Positions 53,217 to 59,266 of a DNA stretch of 59,266 bases are shown piece after piece. The notes beneath the pieces are model-generated. The model ran no database searches. It saw only the letters and a program-made list of their open reading frames with translations, and was not told the DNA's origin. This DNA is from an uncultured Candidatus Saccharibacteria bacterium (GTDB lineage Bacteria > Patescibacteriota > Saccharimonadia > Saccharimonadales > JAUPVS01), in NCBI GenBank assembly GCA_964627095.1, contig CAZVKH010000005.1, forward strand, positions 16,067 through 75,332, written 5' to 3'. Both the position numbers and the translations under genes were made by a program. Within the stretch, counting starts at the first letter, position 1. Each line of letters starts with the position of its first letter.

Positions 53217-54560
53217 ATGAATATAAGTATGTCACTCGGATTAGCCGCCGCCGTTGGTCTATTAATTTTAGCCGGGGTGGGTTTTTTGCTGTGGCAACGC
53301 TTTGGCAACAAGTTAAAGAGTGGCGACAACCAGCTGAATGCCTTGCTTCAGCAGGAACAACTTAAATCTAGCCTAATTATCAACAGTATCGACGATGGGG
53401 TGGTGGTGATTGACCAAAATCATGCCATCCGCTTATTCAACCCGGCCGCCCTCAAGATTGCCGGCTGGAAGGATAACGAAGTTCTGAACCTCGACTACAA
53501 GAGCGTATTAAAGGTAGTCGACGAAAAGGGCCAAGAATATTCTTCTAGTAAAGATCCCTTCAAGCAGGTTTTTGAAAAGGGCATCGCTGTTCACGACAAC
53601 AATGCCGCCCTGATAAACCGCGACAAAAAACAGATTGCCATCAGTATTAGTGCCTCGCCTTTGCTCGACAAGGACGGCAAGGTTAGTGCCGTTATTGGCA
53701 TCTTCCGCGACGTTAGCCAGGAGCGTGGCCAAGAAAAGCGCAGCGCCGACTTTGTTAGCACCGCTAGCCACGAAATGCGCACGCCAGTGGCCGCTATCGA
53801 AGGCTATCTTGCGCTGGCGCTCAACGACCGCGTCAGCAAGATCGATAGCAAAGCCCGCGAGTACCTCGAAAAAGCCCACGAATCGACGCAGCATTTGGGC
53901 CGACTGTTTCAAGACTTACTCACCAGCACCAAAGCCGAAGACGGTCGACTGAGCAGTCACCCAACAGTTATAGAAATGAGCACCTTTACCGAGAAGGTGG
54001 TCGAAGACCTGCGCTTTACGGCCGAGAAGAAGGGGCTGCACATGGAATACGTCATGGGCACGGCCGACGGCCAGAATGTCAATGCCGCCACCGACCAGGC
54101 CGGCAGCACCAAAGTTATCAAGCCATTCTACTATGTTCAGGCCGATCCCGAACGTTTGCGCGAAGTTATTACCAACATCTTCGACAACGCCGTCAAGTAC
54201 ACCGAAAGCGGCTCGGTTACTTTGGGCTTAACTGGTAATACCGAAGTGGTGCAGATTTCGGTACGCGACACTGGGCCAGGCATACCAGCCGAAGACATCC
54301 CGCATCTTTTCCAAAAGTTCTATCGCGTCGACAGCACTTCGACGCGTACGATTGGCGGCACCGGTCTGGGTTTGTTTATCTGCCGCAAAATCGTTGAGCT
54401 ATACGACGGTCGTATTTGGGTAGAAAGCGAACTCGGCAAGGGCAGCACCTTCTATGTAAACCTACCCCGGTTAACTAACGAAAAAGCCAAACAACTCCAG
54501 GCCACGCAGGCCAGCAGCAGTAACAGTGTACCGACGCTATCCAGCGCAGGCGCGCCATGA
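53217..54560 (+). CDS. Sensor histidine kinase (TM - PAS - HisKA - HATPase)
   Basis: H-box ASHEMRTPVAAIEGY, N-box IFDNAVKYT, and G-boxes DTGPGIP and GGTGLGLF. The start is uncertain (ATG 53202/53208/53217, or TTG 53175). ATG 53217 gives MNISMSLGLAAAVGLLILAGVGFLLW. Confidence 0.86.
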   Translation: MNISMSLGLAAAVGLLILAGVGFLLWQRFGNKLKSGDNQLNALLQQEQLKSSLIINSIDDGVVVIDQNHAIRLFNPAALKIAGWKDNEVLNLDYKSVLKVVDEKGQEYSSSKDPFKQVFEKGIAVHDNNAALINRDKKQIAISISASPLLDKDGKVSAVIGIFRDVSQERGQEKRSADFVSTASHEMRTPVAAIEGYLALALNDRVSKIDSKAREYLEKAHESTQHLGRLFQDLLTSTKAEDGRLSSHPTVIEMSTFTEKVVEDLRFTAEKKGLHMEYVMGTADGQNVNAATDQAGSTKVIKPFYYVQADPERLREVITNIFDNAVKYTESGSVTLGLTGNTEVVQISVRDTGPGIPAEDIPHLFQKFYRVDSTSTRTIGGTGLGLFICRKIVELYDGRIWVESELGKGSTFYVNLPRLTNEKAKQLQATQASSSNSVPTLSSAGAP

Positions 54561-54606
54561 TACAATATGCGTAAAGCCATAAGCACCATAAATAGGGGAC
54601 TGTAAA

Positions 54607-55680
54607 ATGCCAAAAGTAATGCTTGTCGAAGATGATAATAACCTCCGGGAGATCTACGATGCCCGTTTAGTTGCCGAAGGTTACGAGATTGTCTCGGCCC
54701 ACGATGGCGAAGAAGCCCTAGCCTTAGCCGTCAAAGAAAAACCCGACTTAATTATTTCCGACATTATGATGCCCAAAATAAGTGGCTTTGACATGCTCGA
54801 CATCCTGCGCAGCACCCCCGAAACCAAGAATGCCAAGGTTATTATGATGACTGCTCTTAGCCAAGCCGAAGACCGCGAACGGGCCGGCAAGCTCGGCGCC
54901 GATCGCTACCTAGTTAAGTCACAAGTCACCCTAGAAGATGTCATCAAGGTTGCCCACGAGGTCTTAAACGACACTGGTCAACCGGCCCCAACACCAGCCT
55001 CAGCTGCCGACGAACCAATTGTCATCAGTGGCAGCCCGGCAGTTAGTAGCTCCGACACTACCGCCAAAGCCAGCGTTCCACCAACCCAGGCCGACCTACC
55101 GGTTGTTAGCGCCCCACCAGCCGCCGACGAGCCGGCAACTACTGCACCGGCCCCTTCGGACGACCCTGCGCCAATTGTTACTGACGAACCGGCCAAAGAA
55201 GAAGCCCAGCCTAAGGCCGAAGAAACCACTGGTGTCGAACAGCAGATTCAAGACTTTATTGCCAACAACCCAACTCTAACCGCCACACCGTCTACACCAG
55301 CGCCAGACAGCTCTGCAACCAGCATACCGGTAACTGTGGCTTCGAGCACACCACCTGTCGAAACACCCAAGCCCGACGCCACCCCAATTCCTGGCGAGAT
55401 GCCGCCACCACCAACACCACCGGCCGGACAAGACGCCCTGTCTAACCCAACAGCCGCCGTTAATGTTAGTAGCGCCGCCGATGCACCGTCTCATAAAAAA
55501 CTCGTTTTACAACCTACCGAAGAGGCCACGGCGCCAGCCGTTGATCTTGACGCCTTGCTTGCCAAAGAAGAAGCCAAGGCCAGCGAGCCCGCTGCCGTAC
55601 CTACCAGTGGCGTCGTCACGCCAGCTTCTACCGAAGACGACAAGCCAACAACTGTCAGTCCCAACGATATAGCCCTATAA
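54607..55680 (+). CDS. Response regulator: receiver domain plus ~235-aa Pro/Ala/Thr/Glu-rich low-complexity tail
   Basis: Receiver motifs VMLVEDD, LIISDIMMPK, MMTALS and YLVKS in residues 1-120. The remaining sequence has no DNA-binding or enzymatic motif. SD agggga. Confidence 0.85.
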   Translation: MPKVMLVEDDNNLREIYDARLVAEGYEIVSAHDGEEALALAVKEKPDLIISDIMMPKISGFDMLDILRSTPETKNAKVIMMTALSQAEDRERAGKLGADRYLVKSQVTLEDVIKVAHEVLNDTGQPAPTPASAADEPIVISGSPAVSSSDTTAKASVPPTQADLPVVSAPPAADEPATTAPAPSDDPAPIVTDEPAKEEAQPKAEETTGVEQQIQDFIANNPTLTATPSTPAPDSSATSIPVTVASSTPPVETPKPDATPIPGEMPPPPTPPAGQDALSNPTAAVNVSSAADAPSHKKLVLQPTEEATAPAVDLDALLAKEEAKASEPAAVPTSGVVTPASTEDDKPTTVSPNDIAL

Positions 55681-55681
55681 T
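55676..55681 (+). promoter_or_regulatory. Consensus -10 box positioned for a leaderless mRNA; overlaps the upstream stop codon
   Basis: TATAAT at 55676-55681 contains the TAA stop of the response regulator and lies 6 nt before ATG 55688. Confidence 0.55.
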
Positions 55682-55687
55682 GCCTAC

Positions 55688-56347
55688 ATGCGCATAAATA
55701 AATTCATCGCTTCGGCCACCGGCCTCAGTCGGCGCGTTGCCGATATGGCTATTGAGCAGGGTAACGTCACTATTAACGGCGAGCGCGCCACCCTGGGCAG
55801 TAATGTCCACGACCAAGACGAGGTCCGCATGCGCGGTAAACTCCTAACGGCGGCAGCCGTCAGCCAATCAATACTTCTTCATAAGCCAGTCGGCTATGTC
55901 TGTAGTCGGGACGGGCAGGGCAGCCAAACTATCTACGAACTTTTGCCCAAAGAACTACACAAACTTAAGCCAGTTGGCCGCCTAGACAAGGATTCATCGG
56001 GGATCATCCTGCTCACTAACGACGGCGACTTAGCGCATCGTTTAGCTCACCCAGCCTTTCATAAAGAAAAACGCTACCGCGTCACTCTCAATAAATCGTT
56101 ACAAGCGGCCGATCAGAAGCACATCCAAGCCGGCGTCAAGTTAATCGACGGTCCTAGCCAGCTCGAGTTAAGCTCTGGTCACACCCCCGAACAGTGGTTG
56201 GTTACCATGCACGAAGGCCGCAACCGCCAGATTAGGCGTACCTTTCAGGCACTCGGTTATGATGTCGTCGAACTGGAACGCATCCAATTTGGCGACTACC
56301 AACTAGGTGACCTGCCGTCGGGTGTCTATAAAACTATTTCATTGTAA
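55688..56347 (+). CDS. Pseudouridine synthase, RsuA/RluB family
   Basis: N-terminal S4 domain (RINKFIASATGLSRR) and catalytic motif GRLDKDSSGIILLTNDG. Confidence 0.9.
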   Translation: MRINKFIASATGLSRRVADMAIEQGNVTINGERATLGSNVHDQDEVRMRGKLLTAAAVSQSILLHKPVGYVCSRDGQGSQTIYELLPKELHKLKPVGRLDKDSSGIILLTNDGDLAHRLAHPAFHKEKRYRVTLNKSLQAADQKHIQAGVKLIDGPSQLELSSGHTPEQWLVTMHEGRNRQIRRTFQALGYDVVELERIQFGDYQLGDLPSGVYKTISL

Positions 56348-56383
56348 TGATTTTGTTCTCTTGTCAATATGTCTTACCTCTGT

Positions 56384-56389
56384 TATAAT
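56384..56389 (+). promoter_or_regulatory. Extended consensus -10 box positioned for a leaderless der mRNA
   Basis: TGtTATAAT lies 7 nt before ATG 56397. Confidence 0.55.
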
Positions 56390-56396
56390 ACCGTCA

Positions 56397-57713
56397 ATGG
56401 CTAAAAAAGTTCCTATCATCGCAATCGTCGGGCGCACTAACGTTGGTAAATCCAGCTTGTTTAACGCCATCCTGCAGCGCCGCGAGGCAATTGTGGCTAA
56501 CCAACCCGGTACCACGCGCGACAGCATCATGGCTAAGGCCAGCTATGGTGAACGCGACTTCTGGCTGGTCGACACGGCCGGCATTAAAGACCCCGAAGAC
56601 GACTTTGAATTTACCATTCAGGAACAAATTCTACAGGCCGCCGACAGTGCCGATGTCATCTGGGTCGTTATCGAAGCCAACGTCGCCATCACCGAAGAAG
56701 ACCGCAAGGTAGCCAAACTCGCCCTTAAAACCAAGAAGCCGGTCTTTTTAGTTGTCAACAAGGCCGACAAGGCTCACCGCGCCAAAGCCACCGACTTCCA
56801 ACGCCTGGGCGTTAAAACCATCATTATGACCAGCGCCACTCAGCAGAGCGGTATCGAAGAACTGCTCGAAAAACTTAGTCAAGTTATCCCCGAAGCCAAC
56901 ATTGATGAGGCCGACAACCGTCTGCGCATCGCCCTGTTGGGTCGTCCTAATGTTGGCAAATCTCAACTGTTTAACACCTTGAGCAAGAAGCAGCAGGCCA
57001 TCGTGGCCGACCGCGCCGGTACTACCCGTGACATCAACCGCAGTATTGTTCGCTTTAAAACCCGCGAGATCGAAATTCTCGACACCGCCGGTATTCGCCG
57101 CAGCGGCAAAATCGGGCAGGGCGTGGAACGCTTTAGTGTGATCCGCTCGTTAAGCGCCATCGAACAGGCCGACATCTGTTTCGTACTAATGGACGTTAAC
57201 GAAGTCGGTACACAGCTAGACCAAAAAATCACCGGCATGGTTAAAGAAGCTGGCAAGGGATTAGTTTTAGTTATTAGCAAATGGGATAGTCTAGACGAAA
57301 AAACACCCTTCAGCCGCGATGAAATGGCGGCCCGCATGCGTCAGGAATTTGCTTTTGTGGCCTGGGCACCACTGGTTTTCACCAGTAGCATCACCGGTCA
57401 GAACGTCGCTAAGCTGTTTGACCTAGCCCTCGAAATCGATGAACGTCGTAATCAAAAGATTAAAACCACCGAGCTCAACCGCTGGTTGCAACACGTCATC
57501 CACGAACACCCACCAGCCGGCCTTAAGAACCGCAACCCCAAGCTCAACTACATCGTCCAAGAAGACGACAACCCCAACCCTAGCTTTAAAGTCTTTGGCG
57601 CCCACACCAAGTTTCTGCACTGGAGCTACAAGCGCTTCATGGACCGCATGCTCCGCGAAAAGTGGGATTACGACGGCACACCCGTAAAATTCTGGTTTAT
57701 CGAAAAACACTAA
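56397..57713 (+). CDS. der: Ribosome-associated GTPase Der (EngA), two GTPase domains plus KH-like domain
   Basis: G1 motifs GRTNVGKSS and GRPNVGKSQ, DTAG twice, and NKAD / SKWD. I place the start at ATG 56397 (MAKKVPIIAIVG) because the ORF-track start at 56307 overlaps the upstream gene. Confidence 0.95.
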   Translation: MAKKVPIIAIVGRTNVGKSSLFNAILQRREAIVANQPGTTRDSIMAKASYGERDFWLVDTAGIKDPEDDFEFTIQEQILQAADSADVIWVVIEANVAITEEDRKVAKLALKTKKPVFLVVNKADKAHRAKATDFQRLGVKTIIMTSATQQSGIEELLEKLSQVIPEANIDEADNRLRIALLGRPNVGKSQLFNTLSKKQQAIVADRAGTTRDINRSIVRFKTREIEILDTAGIRRSGKIGQGVERFSVIRSLSAIEQADICFVLMDVNEVGTQLDQKITGMVKEAGKGLVLVISKWDSLDEKTPFSRDEMAARMRQEFAFVAWAPLVFTSSITGQNVAKLFDLALEIDERRNQKIKTTELNRWLQHVIHEHPPAGLKNRNPKLNYIVQEDDNPNPSFKVFGAHTKFLHWSYKRFMDRMLREKWDYDGTPVKFWFIEKH

Positions 57714-57717
57714 AGGG

Positions 57718-57723
57718 TATACT
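57718..57723 (+). promoter_or_regulatory. -10 box positioned for a leaderless pth mRNA
   Basis: TATACT lies 6 nt before ATG 57730. Confidence 0.55.
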
Positions 57724-57729
57724 AGTCCC

Positions 57730-58380
57730 ATGGGATTATTCGTCCGCAACCAAAACAACAAGTCCGAGCAACCACTGTACCGGCTTAGTAACGCCGGCCA
57801 AACTAAGACACTGCTACTGGTTGGTCTAGGCAACCCCGGCAAAGACTACGACGGCACGCGTCACAACATTGGCTTTGACTGTCTAGACCACTTTGCCGGC
57901 CACAATGAATTCCCGGGCTGGACCACCAAAAAGGATCTTAAGTGCCTCGTTACCATGCACACCCTGGGTGACTGCCGGGTTATCTTATGCAAACCAACCA
58001 CCTTCATGAACAACAGTGGCGAAGCCGTTCAGGCCGTCCAGAACTTCTATAAACTAGCCGATTCGGCCACCATTGTTGTTCATGACGAACTCGATATACC
58101 ATTCGGTCAAATTAGATTGCGTACTGGTGGCGGCAGCGCCGGCCACAACGGCATTAAGTCGATCTCGGCCCTAACCGGCGACAACACCGGCCGCATTCGT
58201 ATTGGTATCGCCAACGATTTTAGCGGCCAAGCCGACAGCGCCGACTTTGTATTGGGCAAGTTCACCAGCGACGAACAAAAACACCTCCCAGCCTTACGCC
58301 AAGAGGTGAATAGTATTATTGTCGAGCACGTCTACGGCGACAGCCAGCTGCCAGTTGAAACGCGTAGCTTCTTAATTTAG
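57730..58380 (+). CDS. pth: Peptidyl-tRNA hydrolase (with ~25-aa N-terminal extension)
   Basis: LLVGLGNPGKDYDGTRHNIGF, FMNNSGEAV and GGSAGHNGIKS motifs. Confidence 0.9.
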   Translation: MGLFVRNQNNKSEQPLYRLSNAGQTKTLLLVGLGNPGKDYDGTRHNIGFDCLDHFAGHNEFPGWTTKKDLKCLVTMHTLGDCRVILCKPTTFMNNSGEAVQAVQNFYKLADSATIVVHDELDIPFGQIRLRTGGGSAGHNGIKSISALTGDNTGRIRIGIANDFSGQADSADFVLGKFTSDEQKHLPALRQEVNSIIVEHVYGDSQLPVETRSFLI

Positions 58381-58664
58381 AGGCTCTGTTCAACTTCAAA
58401 AGTCAACAAGGTACCAGCCATGCCAATCAAAATATCACGCACTTCTTCGGCGCGAGCAATGTCTCGGCTTATATTCGGGTTTTGGTCAAGCGCATCAAGC
58501 GCATATCGACCCCACAAGTCGTCAAGTCTCTCACCGGCGCTGGCCAGCCAATCAGGAATATTTTCTTGCACATCGGCAGGCGTTAATGGTTCTGGCAAGT
58601 CTTTGCCTACCAGGACACGCTTTTCATCTTCATTCAAATAAACAACACCGTTATTTATATCCAT
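58377..58664 (-). CDS. Hypothetical acidic protein (95 aa)
   Basis: Clean ORF with TGaTATAAT 7 nt upstream of ATG 58664. I recognise no motif. Confidence 0.5.
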   Translation of the reverse strand: MDINNGVVYLNEDEKRVLVGKDLPEPLTPADVQENIPDWLASAGERLDDLWGRYALDALDQNPNISRDIARAEEVRDILIGMAGTLLTFEVEQSL

Positions 58665-58671
58665 GGCTGGT

Positions 58672-58677
58672 ATTATA
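58672..58677 (-). promoter_or_regulatory. Extended consensus -10 box positioned for a leaderless mRNA
   Basis: The minus strand reads TGaTATAAT-accagcc-ATG (58664). Confidence 0.55.
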
Positions 58678-58694
58678 TCATATTTGTTGGCAAA

Positions 58695-58733
58695 TTAAAA
58701 GGCCTCCAGAGGGGGTGGGCACCGCTGGAGACC
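58695..58733 (-). terminator. Intrinsic terminator (minus strand; weaker hairpin plus TATTTTA on the plus strand, so possibly bidirectional)
   Basis: The minus strand reads GGTCTCCAG-cggtgcccaccccct-CTGGAGGCC followed by TTTTAATTT. The stem is 9 bp including one G-U. Confidence 0.6.
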
Positions 58734-59045
58734 TATTTTACCCTTCAACCCACCCCAGTGAAGCGTCAGCGTCCAAAACTCCTTAAAGACGTGCGCCTCT
58801 GCTCTCCGCAAAGAGGGCAGAATACTTGAATACTCACTTTGAATTGGGGACTCCATTAAATGCACAGGGCATTTAGGGCGGAGACATCAGTTAAAGGGAT
58901 TAGTCTGTTCTAGAGCGTTCTAGCTTTTAAGGGCCAGGTGCTGACGTAAGTGGAGGGTAACAACTTATGACCGCCGCTCTAAAACAATCTAACAAATGTT
59001 AGAAATGGGGGTAAAAGGTGCAAAACGTATTTATTACGCTTACGG
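58695..59045 (-). ncRNA. Candidate ~350-nt structured RNA of unknown class
   Basis: Bounded by a near-consensus promoter (59052-59079) and the terminator at 58695-58733. No ORF of 60 aa or more occurs in any frame between 58787 and 59266. Several local helices are visible (TAAATGC/GCATTTA, TAGAGCG/CGCTCTA, GGGGTGGG/CCCACCCC). I found no tmRNA, RNase P or SRP hallmark by eye. Confidence 0.35.
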
Positions 59046-59051
59046 ATTGCT

Positions 59052-59079
59052 ATTTTAGCAACTTTCTGTCGATTGTCAA
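59052..59079 (-). promoter_or_regulatory. Near-consensus sigma70-type promoter (TTGACA-N16-TGcTAAAAT)
   Basis: The minus strand reads TTGACAatcgacagaaagtTGcTAAAAT. The -35 is at 59074-59079 and the -10 at 59052-59057. This is the best -35/-10 pair I saw in the window. Confidence 0.6.
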
Positions 59080-59266
59080 TACCTTTTTGCTTATTACGCA
59101 ACTTACGGTTCTTGCACCTCTGTTAATTATTTCTATAGAATTGCGCCCGCAGTCGCTTGATTGTTGGGGCAGGGTTGAACAAAACTATTACTTGCCTGAC
59201 CACGTATATGCACAAAATACGAATGGGTATTTACATACAACTAAAAGGTCCTCCGCAAAAATAGGC

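Noticed and set aside
18134-56396. Long N-terminal extensions offered by the ORF track (18134, 21017, 23953, 29512, 37775, 45380, 44547..45386, 50908..51657, 53175, 56307, 8042, 15432, 35117).
   Set aside because: Each extension overlaps the upstream gene or a promoter, is compositionally non-protein-like, and is followed by an internal start. That internal start has either an SD or a -10 box at leaderless spacing and yields a canonical N-terminus, such as a signal peptide, a lipobox, a G1 motif of Der, or the PyrH/PyrC N-termini.
58709-58727. T-box-riboswitch-like sequence on the plus strand (GGGGGTGGGCACCGCT compared with the T-box core GGGTGGNACCGCG).
   Set aside because: It has one extra nucleotide relative to the consensus. 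It lies in the loop of the terminator hairpin rather than forming its 5' strand. The upstream plus-strand sequence is antisense to a coding gene, so there is no room for Stem I or a specifier loop. No aminoacyl-tRNA synthetase gene follows within the window.
58695-58856. 53-codon minus-strand ORF (MESPIQSEYSSILPSLRRAEAHVFKEFW...) inside the candidate RNA.
   Set aside because: It has no SD and no -10 box at the leaderless spacing. It reads straight through the terminator hairpin and its composition is unremarkable. It is more likely fortuitous, although a small protein cannot be excluded without conservation data.
58695-59045. Attempt to identify the candidate RNA as tmRNA, RNase P RNA, SRP RNA or 6S RNA.
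   Set aside because: On neither strand could I find the tRNA-like T-arm/ACCA end and GGATTCGAC of tmRNA, the GGAAAGTCC / ACAGAA..GGCTTA blocks of RNase P, or the GGAAGCAGC helix-8 motif of SRP RNA. At ~350 nt the length is wrong for 6S. I leave the class as unknown rather than naming it.
1-59266. Alternative genetic code (UGA recoded, as in some candidate phyla), CRISPR arrays, IS elements and prophage.
   Set aside because: TGA terminates conserved genes at their expected lengths (xth at 36481, the pyrD-like gene at 13736, the histidine kinase at 54560), and no conserved gene is broken by in-frame TGA. I saw no spaced direct-repeat array and no transposase, integrase, terminase or capsid motif.

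Overview
This is a 59.3-kb chromosomal window of roughly 50% GC. It uses the standard genetic code, since TGA ends conserved genes such as xth, the pyrD-like gene and a histidine kinase. Coding density is very high. I read about 60 protein genes and 3 tRNAs (Ser-GGA, Leu-CAA, Glu-CUC). I found no rRNA, CRISPR array, transposase or integrase. The gene content points to a small-genome monoderm-type bacterium: a sortase, many surface proteins anchored by an N-terminal TM helix behind a Lys-rich tail, and minimal metabolism. A Saccharibacteria/CPR-like origin is my inference only. Recognisable housekeeping genes are: prs plus pyrB, pyrE, pyrF, a class-1-like pyrD and pyrC clustered at 9.2-15.4 kb, with pyrH elsewhere; cydAB, NDH-2 and an FAD-linked oxidase; two MacB-type ABC pairs; NRAMP; xth; gltX; der; pth; a pseudouridine synthase; two histidine-kinase/response-regulator pairs; and a umuD-like/umuC pair. 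The accessory or unknown content is as follows. (1) A 2123-aa N-anchored giant surface protein whose LamG domain appears split by a 14-unit propeller-like repeat array; it is co-transcribed with an ABC exporter. (2) A ~7.8-kb surface-structure locus (16046-23878). It joins a fibre-like protein, a GGNN(I/V)TL-repeat protein, a glycosyltransferase and a methyltransferase to a Csc/WxL-like set of secreted beta-rich subunits and C-terminally anchored two-domain proteins. (3) A dispersed four-member family of small anchored proteins with a conserved Cys pair. (4) A protein with 11 near-perfect heptads. (5) A ~600-nt ORF-free terminal region with a near-consensus promoter and an intrinsic terminator bracketing a candidate ~350-nt RNA of unknown class. 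Two genome-style signals stand out. Extended -10 boxes lie 6-9 nt upstream of start codons at about 20 genes, which implies leaderless mRNAs. Convergent genes repeatedly share 4-nt overlapping stop codons.
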